From the NCBI GenBank assembly GCA_016748015.1, contig JAAOMT010000070.1, positions 310,001-374,000 of the forward strand: a stretch of DNA of 64,000 nt. Direction: 5' to 3'. Positions 1 to 13,000 of the stretch are shown piece by piece. This stretch comes from Geosiphon pyriformis uo1. Taxonomy: Eukaryota > Fungi > Glomeromycota. Position 1 is the stretch's first letter, and every line of letters starts with the position of its first letter. The position numbers and the translations under genes were made by a program. The notes under the pieces were generated by a model. The model did not search any database. It saw only the letters and a list, made by a program, of their open reading frames with translations, and was not told the origin of the DNA.

Positions 1-704
1 TTTATCCATAGCTTTCTAAAACTGCAGTTTTGTTAATTTCTTTCTCAGCTTGATGGCTGGTATTTCTTCTGGTAAACTATCTTCAATCAAGTATTTTACC
101 CTTATTTTTGGGTCTTTTACCAGTCACGTTTATCCTGACATCAGTATTTTGCACGTTAATCCTCAATAGAGTTAGTAAACAACCATAAAATCAAAGCAAG
201 AAATAAAGAAAAAAAAAGAAAATAAAGAAAAAAAAAAAATAAGCCAAGGTGATTTGCAAGTTGGTATTCCATTAATAGCCATAATCAAGAGCTATTGTTC
301 CAGTATGGTTAAGTATCAATTACTATCAACATGAAGTGTTGATAGTGATAGCGGGTTTAAGATAACAAACAGTTATTTATTTGTGGTTTGGAAAGTTGTC
401 TAAATAAAATCTAAACTGAGAGATCTGTCTTTTCAGCTTCTAATCCTACTGCTATATATACATAATTAAGATTCCTCAATTCCTCAATTCTTCACAACAA
501 GAATCCTGGAATTCCTGGAATCCTGCAATTTTTTTGAAAGAAATCCTGAAATTCTGAAATCCTGCAATTCTTTGTAAAAATCTTGTAATTCCTGGAATCC
601 TGCAATTCCTGAAAGGAATCCTGGAATTTCACATTTTACTACGTCTACTTCTGATTGGCTAATAACTATGCTAATATATATTCCCTATATTTCTATGAGT
701 AACA
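1..704 (-). repeat. 3' LTR of element A (partial)
   Basis: Ends ...atgagtaaca at 704 (element-sense TGTTAC). Matches 9150-10045 and the reverse complement of 52236-53106. Contains a CCAAT box, a TATATA box and GGAATTCC-like repeats. Confidence 0.95.
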
Positions 705-719
705 TTATTCCCTCTTTTT
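705..719 (-). promoter_or_regulatory. Polypurine tract of element A
   Basis: Minus strand reads AAAAAGAGGGAATAA immediately before the 3' LTR TGTTAC. Equivalent AAAAAGAAGGGAATAA precedes the A' 3' LTR at 61553. Confidence 0.85.
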
Positions 720-1347
720 AATATTGAGCTCTGTCAAAATCTAACTTTGTTAATTTCCTTTCTTGAAGTATTTCCTGAATTTCATTTTCGAGAATTACTT
801 GTGTTATTTGAGTCTGTAATTTTTCAAATTAAGCATTGGTGATCTTTTCTAATTGATTACTGGTAACCATATCTATTGCTTTGTTGAGTAAGATTTCTGG
901 TTGATCCTGAAATGCTGTGTGTATTTGGTATATGGCTTAGGCCTGTGTAGATAAGTTGTTCTTTCTTACAAAATGTTCTAATTGTTGTAGTATTCTTGTG
1001 TCAAATAATTGCTTTGTTTTATCCGTATATAGATTCTGGATATTTATGTGTTATCCCAAGTAAAAATAACAATAGTTTCTTGGAAATTGTTGTATTCACC
1101 AATTCCAAGTTTCTTTAGTCAACTCTTGGTATAGTGACTTTTTTGTCAACTCTTTTATTGCTAATTTTACTTTCACAATGATTTTGTCAACGGTATTTTT
1201 TGTTTTTTTTTGTGTTCTATATGGTAATGTCTTTCTAGTGTCTTAATATCGAATAGTTTATTGATTAATTGTAATTTCCATCTCTTGGTGTTGAATCAAT
1301 TGAAAGAGTTGTTGTGCTAGTGAGTGGATGTTGTCTGTAATTTCCAT
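718..1347 (-). pseudogene. ORF3 (env-position accessory protein, ~209 aa, unknown function) of element A
   Basis: 630 nt in one frame, MEITDNIHSLAQQLFQL...YFYLG...ARAIYQIHTAF...DFDRAQY*, broken only by transition-type stops. Homologous to B 48067-48744 and A' 60910-61538. Confidence 0.75.
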
Positions 1348-1401
1348 TTTTCTAATATTTCTTGTTGTATTTACCATGTCTTTATATATTCTTTTTATAG
1401 A

Positions 1402-2784
1402 TTAATTTAATGTGTTGTTGTCAATGATGATAATTGGTTCCAGATCTTGTGGAATTTTCTTTGGTTGGACTAGTATCCTCTGTACTTCTAATTGTGAAAT
1501 ATTACTGGTGGATAGTAGTGTGATATTGTGGTATGGTTTCAGTCGATTTCTATGTGCTGCTTTGGTTAAAATTTTGTTATCCAGTCTTAATTTGTAAGCT
1601 CTATTTCCTAGAATTTTTTCTATGTAAAATGGTCTATTCCATTTGGGGTCAAATTTTCCACTCCATTGTTTTTCTGCTTTGGTACGATGTAAGAGTACTT
1701 TGTCTCCAATTTTGAATTCAACTGGTTTGTCTGGTAGTTAATTATTATGTCTTTCTTTCTGTTTCTCTTGTGACTTTTGTATGTTATCAGCTGCTCTTCT
1801 TCATTTGTTTTCCAATATTTCTATTAAGTCATATGTTCTTCTTAATAATGTTTCTTGGAAATTTTCTTCTGTTATTGGTTCAGTTGGATATGTGTTAACC
1901 TCTATCTCAACTGGTAATATTGTTGTTCTACCATATATCAATTCAAATGGTGTTGCTTGTATGGTGTCTTGCTTTATTGTTCGATAAGCAAATAATACTG
2001 ATGGTATGAACAAATTCTATTTGTCCTGGTTTTTTTGGCTGAGTTTTGCTATTGTTTCACATAATGTTCTATTAAATCTTTTAACTAATCTATTGGTTTG
2101 TGGATGGTATGGTGATGATAGTGGTCTCTTAATTCCAAATCTTTGGCTTATTTCTGCTAATGTTCTATTCACAAAATGAGTTCTTTGGTCTGATAATAGT
2201 TCTTTTGGACATTCATGTTAACAAATCAAATCTTGATGGATGAATTTGGCAACAGATTCTGCATCCACTCTTTAAATTGCTTTGGCTTCTGGCCATTTAG
2301 TAAGATAGTCCATGGCTACTGCAATATATTTGTTGCTTTTGCTGGTAATTGTCAATGGTTTGACTAAATTGATTCCAATACAGTCAAATGGTTGTCCCAT
2401 TTTGATTGGTCTCAATGGTTTGCTGGATCTTGTTCTTCTTCTTTTTTGACAAGCATCACAATTTTGCACATATTGGATGATGTTTGGATACATTGATGGC
2501 CAATAGTATTTCTTTCTGGTTCTTTCCATGGTTGCTTCTTTATGAAAATGTTCTGCAGTTGGATCTGAATGCATGTTGAATAGTATTGTCTTTTTTTCTG
2601 GTTCTGTAATTACTCTGGTTGATTAATCTGAATCTTTTTTATTTTTTCGATAAAGTATATTTTGGTGAATAATAAAATATTTGAATTGTTGTTTGATCTT
2701 TTTTTGTTCCAGTTGAGATAATTTCTCCTTAAACTGTTGAGTATCTATATAATGTTGAAGTTGTTGATATTTTTGTGTGTTCAT
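1402..2784 (-). pseudogene. Integrase of element A, stand-alone ORF
   Basis: ATG at 2784. HHCC zinc domain (HSDPTAEH...CDAC), degenerate DDE core (GINLVKP, MDYLTKWPEA), TPFELIYG motif and a GPF-type C-terminus. Stop at 1402-1404. Confidence 0.9.
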
Positions 2785-2845
2785 CTTTTGTTATATTTTC
2801 ATGAGTATTGTTTTGGTTTTGTTATATTTTTGAGTTAAAATGTTC

Positions 2846-5800
2846 TTAGATTTGTCTCATTCGCAACAAACTGTCAGCATTTTTATTGTCTTTTCCCTTT
2901 TTATAATGTATGGTATAAGTATGTGATAAAAGTGCCATTTTCCATCTTAACTGTCTTTCATCTCCAAATTCTTGTTTTTGGAGTGATGTCAATTCTTTGT
3001 GATCTGTGTACATCTCAAACTTTTGGCTCAAGTATTCTTTCCATTTCATAACTGCCCAATAGATTGCTAAATGTTCTAATTCTGGTGTTCTATAGTTCTT
3101 TTTGGCTGGTGTTAAACCTCGGCTGGCATATGTGACTGGATGTTCTCTTTCATCTGGTTCTTTTTGAGATAGTACTGCTCCCAATGCTTGGCCTGATACA
3201 TCAGTGGTAATAATGAATGGTTTGCTATGATCTGGATAGATTAATACTGGAGTTTGAATAAGCTTTTTGCTGGGTTTCAGTCCATTCATATTTTGCATTT
3301 TTGGTTTAAAGATCATTGAGTGGTTGTGCTATCTTTGAAAAGTTTTTTATAAAGCGTCTATAATAGCTCGTGAATCCCAAGAATGATTTCAGCTTGGTTA
3401 CGTTGGTTGGTATTGGAAAGTTCTTTACTATCTCTATTTTCTTTGGATCTGTTTTTATGCTGTCTTTGCTAACTATGTGTCCCAAGAATTTTAGTTCTGT
3501 TTTGCTAAAAAAACACTTTGTTGTATTCAATTTTAATCCTGCTTGTCATAGTCTTTTGAACATTTGTTGAAAATAATGTAGATGATCATCAAATGTTTTT
3601 GAGAACACATTGGTGTCATTCAAGTATACAACTACTGATTTCCACAATAAGCCGGTATATACAATTTCTATTAGCCATTGGAATATAGCTGGAGTATTGG
3701 TTAAGCCGAATGGCATAACTTTAAACTCAAAGTTTTCCTCTCTTGTGGTGAATGCCATTTTTTTTTTGTCGGCTGGATCCATGGCTACTTGCCAGTAACT
3801 ACTATTCAAGTCTAATGTTGAGAACCATTTGTTTCCACTGAAAGCATCAAATAGTTCTTGTATCTGTAGAGTTGAATAGCTGTCTTCATAAATTACACTA
3901 TTGAGTTTTCTGTAGTTTACACAAAATCGGATTTTTCTATTCTTCTTATAGACAAGTACTATTGGTAACGACCATGGGCTCATTGATGGCTGAATTAACC
4001 CATTGTCAAGCATTTAGTTGATCTCTTGACGGATGATTTCATGACTGGCTGGTGGTATTTTGTATGCTCGCTGTTTGATTGGCATTGCATCTTCAGTCTT
4101 GATCTGGTACTGGATAATATTAGTTCTGCCAAATTCGTTTTTACTGGTGAAGATGTCATTGAAATTATTGAGTAACATCTTTAGTTGCATCTGTTGAAGT
4201 GGGTTTAGATTTCTCATGTTCATCTGTTTTAATTGTTCTGGCTGTAACAGATAACATTTGTTTCATCCATAGATGGTTTGTGATGTAATGTCCACATATT
4301 CACAAAGCTGTGGAAAATCTGAAATGCTGCTTGGTGCTTGATCTTCAATTTCTGTGGTTAAATATCTGAAAGTGGTTTCTTTCAGTATCTCTACAATATT
4401 TCCAGTGTTGTTGTAGATGGGAATTTTGATATAATTATGGCTCTTGGCTGGTATGTGTAGATTGATAAGTCCAATTTCTCTTGATTCACAAAGAGTTGCT
4501 TCTGCTTCAAAAATCTGTTCTTGCTCCTTCTCTCTCTTTTCTATTGCTAATATGTATTGGCTATATGGTGGAATAGAAATTGTTTGACCAGTTGAGATAA
4601 TTTCTCCTTGGCCAATAATTTTTTTTTCCACCATATTGATTGGTACATCTATTCTACCCATTGATCTAAATCCTTGTATCTCTTTTACTGTTATCCCTAA
4701 CTCTTTTCTATTTTTCACTGACACTAACTGAGCTATTTTAACCAAAGGCAGAAATATTGTCTGTGCTATTCTTTCATTTGGCTCTATAACATAGGCCTTT
4801 TCTAAGTCATTTTGTAGCATAGCAATGATATTTTTTACATATTCTGCATCAATTATTCCTCCTCTGATGTTTATTCTTCTTTTCGCTAAACTACTCCTCA
4901 AAGCTAGTTGAACCATTGTTGTTGTTAGAATTTCCAAGACTATTTTAAGATCTATGCAGGTGTGTGAATGTGGTTCCAATTTGATGGCATTTTTTCCTAG
5001 ATACCTCAGATTAAATCCGGCATCAGTATCATGTGTGTGTTTCAGCATGATACCTTCATTATTATTGCTAAACCATTTTAGTTCTAATTCTCTGGTGAGG
5101 TCAAGAATTGCGATATATTGTTTATATTTTAAATTGAAGTTTGAATCTGAGTGGGAATTATCATCATTATTATTGCCATATTGGATGGAACTGGAACCAG
5201 TGTTTTTGTTGTCATCATTGTTGGAGTTTGAATCGGGATCGAATGGTAATTCTGATTCCGATGTGCAGCTGCTGATTAGTTCTTCCTCTTCGGAGATTGT
5301 GTAAATCATGTATGGTGGTAGATTGTAGATGAAATCACACTCATTACAGAATTGGAAGTCACATGGAATCAAACAGTGGTTACATAATTGGGTGTTGATT
5401 TCTTCCAAGCATTGCTCTTGCTCTTTTCTCATGGGTGCTAGATTTTGGTAGTGTTCATGGAATTCTTCTGGGGTATTTTCTAAGTCAATAAAGGCATCTG
5501 GGTTGAGAACCAAAACAATGTCTGTTAGTTCTGGAGGGTTATTCTTGATCTTCAGAATTTCACTAGGCGAAGTGCCTTCTATTTTGGCATTGGCCATTCA
5601 CCAGATCTTGTCTTCGTCATGTGGATAGCTGTCTAGGTGGAATATAGCTCAGTGCCATACTGCTGTGATGGGCGTACCATGACTCATCTAGTTGCTAATA
5701 AGAATCATGTACTGGCATGAAGTATTGCACATTTCTTCTCGACCAGGAATATTATTTCACATTCCTTTATCGAGTAATTGTTTACTGCAAGCGAGACATG

Positions 5801-8800
5801 ATTTGTTGTCCTACTTGCCTTGTCTTTTTGGGTAGTCATATTATTTCCTATGGCAGAACTTGTAATAGTAATGGGTTCGCATCCAGTAGTCTTCATCTGG
5901 CACTACTCAAGCTCCTATTGAAAACAGTTTCTTCTCACAGTCTTTGTATTTGAGAGGTATATATGACAGCTCTTTTATTAGTTTATGTGAGTATTCCCTT
6001 TCCCAGCCACTAGTTATTTTTTTTGCAGTGGTAGTTTCTTCAGGTATGTCTTCTTTCCTTCCTTTCCTTTTTTTCTTGTTCTTTTCTTTCCAATCTAGAA
6101 TTGGTAGCATTTCACTTTGGTTGTTGTCAGTCTAAGCATTGATGGTGGCTTTCCAGGTAAGTTCTTCTCTTTGTTTTTTCTTTCCATTATCGTTGTTGTC
6201 CCAGACAAATATTGGCAGCAGTTCATTGTAGTTGACGTCAGCCCACGAGACTTGGTATGCTTTTCAGGTGGGTTTTGCTTTTTCTTCCTCGAATTTGATA
6301 AGTGGTGTTAATAGTGTGGTAATAGGCTTAAAATGACCACATGTGGCTGGTACCTGTATGTGTCAACTGTTCCAGCTAAGCTGGAGCTCTTGGGTGTTCC
6401 AATCTAGTGTTGCATTGGTTTTAGACAGCCAGTTGTTTCCAATAAGTGCTTGGTATTGAGTGGCTTCTATAACAAGTACTTTGATTGGTACTATGATGTC
6501 ATTGACTTCTATGGAGAAATTATCAATCTCTCTAATGAGTGTTTTTGTTGCTCCATTAGCTGTAATAATCCTGGTGCTGGCAATGCAATCAACTCAGTAA
6601 CCTAATTGATCCATGAGTTGTCTTGTGATGATACTGCCAGCTGATCCACTATTTAGAATCAGTTTGATGGAGTGACCATCAACTTTCACATTAGTGTACA
6701 TCACAGTAGTGGGTTTCTCCTTGAGTGCTGCTTCATTGAACAAAGGTGGGTTGATGGTTTTTTCCAATTCAAAAGAAAAGATGGCTGCGAGAGATTCATT
6801 TTTGGTAATTGTTGCTGGTAGAATATTGTTGGTAAGTGTTGTTTGGGGTGGATTGGATTCCGAGTTGTTGGTAGTAGCATCTTCTGGGGTAACCAGGAGA
6901 CTTAAATAGTTCTGGGAATTTGGGTTTTGAGTAAAACCAGTACCCAGATTCCACTCTTGAGAGCCTGATGGTTGGTGAAAAGAGCTGGGGATCAGTTGAT
7001 AAACAACCATTGCCAATCTTCAGTTTTGAGTGATTCTAGGTTTTGGGTTTCCTGATATTATTTGAGTGGAGTTTTGGAGTGGTGTTTGAATTGGTTGTTG
7101 GGACTGATAAATTATTTGGGGCTGTGGCTGATAAATTGCTGGTGGCTGTGGTTGATAAATTGGAGGTTGATATATTGGTGGTTGATAGATTGGTTGCTGT
7201 GTTATTGGCAAGTAAGTGGTTTGATATTGGTCTTGATTTGGGTAGTGATTCTGAGTCTGAAATCTGTGATTGAAGTTTCAATATTGATTTTCTGATCATG
7301 GATTGTTGCTATAAAATTGACAGTCAGCTCTAATGTGACCTTGTTTACCACAGTTGTGGCAAACGTGCATTTCTGGCTGTCATGGCTAATTGGTGGAAGA
7401 TGATGGACGCATTTGATTTGGGAAATGATTTGCATTTCCTGAATTATTACATTGTTGGGTGGTTGATAGATTGCACGATTGTTTGCTAAGTATCCCTCTA
7501 GTTTCTGATTGATTGTATCACTGAATTTTTCAGTTTGAAATTCAAGTCAGATGATCCATTCATTACTAAATTTACAGCTTGGATGTGGTTGGCTTTTAGC
7601 TTGGCTGCTTCAAAATCTCTAACATGGGTAATAGTGGTTGAGAGGTTAACTGGATGTATTGGATGTACTCGCTGAAGGATGCTATTGCACAATCTTCTAA
7701 TGAACTGGTTCAAAATCTGTGGCACTGTAAAGTAATTAGCTTGGATTGTCTGAATTTGGTGCAGATTTCTATGGAAGCATTCCAAGTAAGTGGTGACTGC
7801 TTCTATGTTCTCTTGTTTAATGGTGGTAAATGTATTGGTCAAGTGATTGATACTATTGTTATTACTAAAGTATCTCAAGAATTTTGTTTTGAATTCATTG
7901 AAGGTTTGTAGTTTGACAGTTAGGCTCTAATACCATGAGTTGGCAGTATCTTTAAGAAAATAGGAAATTGCTTGAAGGGCTCTACCATCATTCTATTTAT
8001 TGGTCACTATAGCTTTTTCAATGTTATTGAGCCATATTTGGGCATCATCTTTTTCACCAGTAAAATTGTCAAGTTTTGCAATTAGTGCATAGACCATTGG
8101 ATCTAAGTTGGGTTGTTGTGGTGGTAGTTGAAGTGGTTGTTGTTGTATGGGTTGTTGAGGTAATAGTTGAAATGGCAGTTGTATGGATTCAGCTATTGGA
8201 TTAATCAGTGGTTGATTAATGATGATTACTAGAGGTAAGTTTGGTTAATTAATTAAATTGGGATTTCAATTATCCTAAGTTGGCAGTGTCTAAATATTCG
8301 GAGTTTTGATTTCTGGATTTTCTGGGTTTAGATTTTGCTGTGTTTGAAGATTCAAGGTTTCAAATTTCGGGTTTTTAGTGATCAGGTTCTGGTAAGTGAA
8401 TTCTTAATCTTTAGCTTCTTTTTCTTTCTCTTCTTCTGATTCCATTACTTTTCATGAATCAGAAATTCTGAAATTTGGGGGAGATGGTGGCAATCAAAGT
8501 CCTGATGGCATTGATGATTGTGAGTTAAATTCTTCAAAATACACGTTGTATGGTCCTAATAACTCTGCTTTCCTTTGTTTACTTTGGAATGAGAATTATT
8601 CAAATGCTGATGTTGTGTTTGATGTGGCCATGCTGGTAGATGTAATATTAATGGCACTTCTGGGTGTATAGTAGTATGATGAATTAGTTGGGGATTCAAC
8701 TCTTATTTTCTTTCATGTAGGTGGTTGTATTTTTTTGGGTATTACTGCTGGTGTTTGCAGTTTTCCTTTGCCTTTGCTCATGTAAGTAATGGGATATCTT

Positions 8801-9090
8801 TGCTGTATGTGGTGTTTAATTTCTTTGTTGATTTCCGTGATGATGGAGGCGAAATTGTGATTTGTTGGCAGGTTGGTATTTTGAATTAATTCACTGTAAA
8901 AGGCTTTTCTTGCCAATTTGATATTTACTAGTGTTCCTAACAGATAGGCAATTTTTTTGTTGACATAGAAATTGAAAGCTGATTCCACTGATATGTGGTT
9001 GTAATTTAATCTCAAATGTTGACAATAGTGTTGAAATAAAGATTTCACAAATTTTATATGGTTTGCTCCTATGTTTTCTGATTCTGCCAT
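2846..9090 (-). pseudogene. Gag-PR-Cys-rich-dUTPase-RT-RNase H polyprotein of element A (disrupted)
   Basis: ORF-track fragments show capsid (ILNQFIRRL), protease (ILNSGSAGSII), dUTPase (DAGFNLRY, RSSLA, GGIIDAEY), RT (FCVNYRKLN, MPFGLTN, YLND) and RH (TDVSGQALGAVL, ELEHLAI, NADSLLR). Confidence 0.92.
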
Positions 9091-9129
9091 TTTTAGATTT
9101 GTGTTGGTGCTGGTTCTCTATAGGATTAT

Positions 9130-9147
9130 ACCTCACAGGGAGCACCA
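9130..9147 (-). promoter_or_regulatory. tRNA primer-binding site of element A
   Basis: TGGTGCTCCCTGTGAGGT lies 2 nt after the 5' LTR and is complementary to a tRNA ending CCTCACAGGGAGCACCA. This resembles elongator Met or Ile(UAU) tRNA 3' ends; identity not verified. Confidence 0.8.
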
Positions 9148-9149
9148 AA

Positions 9150-9510
9150 TGTTACAAGTAACTATTTTTGGTATTAGATTAAGTAACAAACCCATAACTT
9201 GGTGCTCTAATTTAGTTGCAATTGATAGTAATCTGAAGGTTTATGTCTGAAGAGTTTGTATCTGAAGGATTTGGTTGAGTTCTTTGTATAATGAACAGAG
9301 ATTCAATGGTAATAGTTTTATCCATAGCTTCTCAAAACTGCAGTTTCATCAATTTCTTTCTCAGCTTGATGGCTGGTATTTTTTCTGGTAAGCTATCCTC
9401 AATCAAGTGTTTTACTCTTATTTCTGGGTCTTTTACCAGTCACGTTTATCCTGACATCAGTATCCTGTGCGTTAATCCTCAATAGAGTTAGTAAACAACA
9501 ATAAAATCAA

Positions 9511-9595
<85 letters not shown>

Positions 9596-10045
9596 AATAA
9601 GCCAAGGTAATTTACAAGTTAGTATTTCATCAATAGCCATGATCAAGAGTTATTGTTTCAGTGTGGTTAAGTATCAATTACTATCAACATAAAGTGTTGA
9701 TAGTGACAGCAGGTTTGAGATAACAAACAGTTATTTATTTGTGGTTTGGAAAGTTGTTTAGATGAAATCTAAATTGAGAGGTCTGTCTTTTCAGCTTCTA
9801 ATCCTACTGCTATATATACATAATTGAGATTCCTCAATTCCTCAATTCTTTACAACAGGAAACCTGCAATTCCTTTAAGAGGAATCCTGGAATTCTGGAA
9901 TTCTGGAATTCTTTGTGAGAATCCTATAATTCCTGAAATCCTGCAATTCTTGAGAGGAATCCTGGAATTCCACATTTTACTACATCTATTTCTGATTGGC
10001 TAATAACTATGCTAATATATATTCTCTATATTTTTATGAGTAACA
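9150..10045 (-). repeat. 5' LTR of element A
   Basis: tgttaca at 9150 to gtaaca at 10045. Contains an 80-nt A run (9514-9593). Outer flank GTGT (element-sense ACAC). Confidence 0.95.
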
Positions 10046-13000
10046 GTGTGTAGTAATTTGTTTTTCTGATGAAGCATTTAAAATAACTGCTATTGGTTCT
10101 GTTCCAGTTTTTAAGAATGTAAATTTGCATTGGACTGGTTTTTTTTTGGCTTGTTGTGTTCAGTATAAACAAATTGATTATATTTTTAATGTGTGTTCAG
10201 TAAGTGAAAATCCTGGTAGTTGTGGCAAACATATGATGACTTTTCAAGATTAAGCCTATTTAGTTATTATATATATAAAAAAGCAGGCACCAATTGTTTA
10301 TTCAATGTCTTTTGGTGAAAAAACTTGGGTTTAGGTTGCTAATAATTCTGCTTCTTGTGTAATGTTTTTGGTCTTTCTCAGTACTAATTTGTTTTTGGAT
10401 GTTAAATCTCTTCTGCCAGTTTTTTTGAAAGTAAATTATAAGTTTGTCACTCTTAAGTGCAGTCTTGTCAGTCTTGCAAACAAGTAAACAAGTTGACTAA
10501 AAGATTAAATACACTTGGACCAATAATTTTTTAGCCTAGGCCTGAATGTTAATCATTAATAACTCTTTCATTACAAAATCAAAGAGCAGATACAGTAATG
10601 AGTAAGAGTTTGGGTGTAGTCACTAATAATAAAACTATTATAAAAGTGATAAATATTGATTTTTTAGTTGTTTTAAAACTAGAAAAGACTTTGAATAGTT
10701 TATCAAACATAATTATAGATTTGATGGCCAAAATAGACAATGCTAATTTGGGTGTAAAAAATTTTTCTTTTCAATAACTGATTTAATTTGGAAATTTGCT
10801 ATATGTAATATTTATAGTATTAATGTTTCTGCAAAACAGGAAGACATTGTTTATTGGCATATGAGTTTGGATAACATAGTTTCTTTTATTATAAAAACAA
10901 AGTTGAGATCTAGTATCAAATTATGGGTTGTTAATAAGTTTAAAGGAGTATGAATATTCACATTTAGTTTGAAAAAGAGTTTTCTTGGTGCTGATATGAC
11001 CATTATTATGAACAATTCTTTGGCTTGTTATGTGTTTAAAGTTGAGAAAATTTTTAGTCAGGTTATTTTAGTATGACTTCTGTTTAAAGATAAGCTTTTG
11101 GTTACAGTTTTGAGTTTGTATGCTGATGTTTCTTTTGAAACTAGGTTTGGCCTGGCTTCTGAGATCAATTTTCTCATTATTAAAACTGTTAATTCCAATA
11201 CTTTTGTGGTCTTGGGTGGAGATTTCAATGAAAATAGATTTGGTAAGAGTACAAGTTTTAAGTTATGCTTGGATCTGGATCTAATCAACTTATTTAGTGG
11301 GTGTCCATTGGTCAATGCTCTAACTTGGAGCAATTTGAAGAGTATTAAGAAAATTATAGATTATATTTTTGTTAGTAAGAGCTTATTATTAATAGTTGCT
11401 AATTATGGTGTTGATTTTGTATCTTTTTTTTTTGACACTGATTACAAAACTGTCATGGTGTTGATTGGTTTGGGTGGACTCTTAAATGTTTGCTTAAATG
11501 ATTTACACAAACAGACTAATAAAAATCATTAGAAGTTTAAAATTAAGGACACAGATAGTGCCAAATAGATACAATTTAAAGATTGCTCTTCTGCCAAGCT
11601 TTTGGTAGTAGGAAATGAATTCTTAAATGCTAAGACTCATGGTAATTTAGATGCTATGTGGTTGCTGTTGAAAAAAATAATAGTGGAGTCAGTTAATAAG
11701 ATATTTTCTAAGCTTTGGTTTAGTGAATTTTAGTTTTTAAGAAACAAACAGTCTTCTAAGTTTTTTGGATTGGAATTATTAATTGCCAAGATTGTTAAAA
11801 AATTGTGTTTAAGTAACATGCTTGAAGTTGATTGTCTTGTAAGGAGATAGTTAACTTTAAATGGTATTAAAGCTTATATAATTATAGACATGATTTGTAT
11901 AGGTAGTAAGTTACCAAAAATTTTTAGACATTTGTCATTAATTTATAAAGAGTACAGAAGATCTAAGATATATGAGTTAAAGTTGACTGAAAAAGTGTCT
12001 ATAAGGAAGGTAATTGAGAAGCATAAGAAAAGTTTTAGTTCTAACAAGAGTGGCATAATTGGAAGCATTCTGGATTGGCCATTTTACAAAATAATTCTAG
12101 ATTATTTAATAGTAGATAAGGAATTGGTTTTGGAATTAGAAAAGATAAAGCTTAGTCTAGATAAGATAATAGAGAGTTGGATGAGAAAGTAAGTTGTATT
12201 TATGACTATGTTTGGTCTTTGGGCTTGCCAATATGCTCTATTAGATTATGTTAAAGATGATGTTTTTTTTAGCATAATAAAAAAAATTGGTATGAAAAAA
12301 TTGCAGTTGGTAATTAATAATTTGTCTAATGACGAAACTGTTGGCTTGTTTGGCATTTCTAATGAACTTTGAAAGCATAGTGGTAATAAGATAGTGGAGT
12401 TTCTGTTAAAATTGCTAAATGTATATTTGTTTATTAATAACATGTTTACTTTATGAAAAAAAGCTTGAGTCTTAATAATTCCTAAATTTTATGACTAAAA
12501 TGGGGTTCTAATGATTATTTAATCTATTGTTTTAATCAAAACTGCCAGAAAAATTTTTTTAAGGTTCTATCTAATCAGATCTCTGTAGCATGTAGTAAGT
12601 TTGGTGTTTTTTGAAGTGATAATTTTTCAGTTTTGAAGAGTACATTTACTTAGTTTTCTGTTTTTACTATTGGATTAATGATTAAAGATACTCTTAAGAA
12701 AAATAGAAAACTTTGATTGATCTTACAAGATATATGCAAAGTTTATGACTCAATTAGTTGGTATTACTTAAAAACTAGCTTATAATAGATTAAAATATGT
12801 AATAGGTTTATCAAATTTTTTGGCAACATATATAAAGACAGAATTAATAGGGTAATAACTAATTTTGGCCTTTCAGGTGGTTATAGAGTGCATAATGATT
12901 TAGATCAAGATGAGATCTTTTTATCTTTTTTTTGGAGAATTTTTTATGATCCACTCTTGTGTAAAATTAAAAGATATGAACATTTGTGTGAGTACCAGAT

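Larger units (their letters stand above)
1..10045 (-). mobile_element. Ty3/gypsy LTR retrotransposon copy A (degenerate; 3' LTR cut by the window edge)
   Basis: Paired LTRs (1-704 and 9150-10045, TG...CA termini), PBS, PPT and gag-PR-dUTPase-RT-RH-IN order on the minus strand. Colinear with copy A' at 52236-62431 in the opposite orientation. Confidence 0.95.

Noticed and set aside
9130-9147. tRNA gene (CCA-ending sequence)
   Set aside because: Only ~18 nt of a tRNA 3' end adjacent to an LTR; it is a PBS and no cloverleaf is present.
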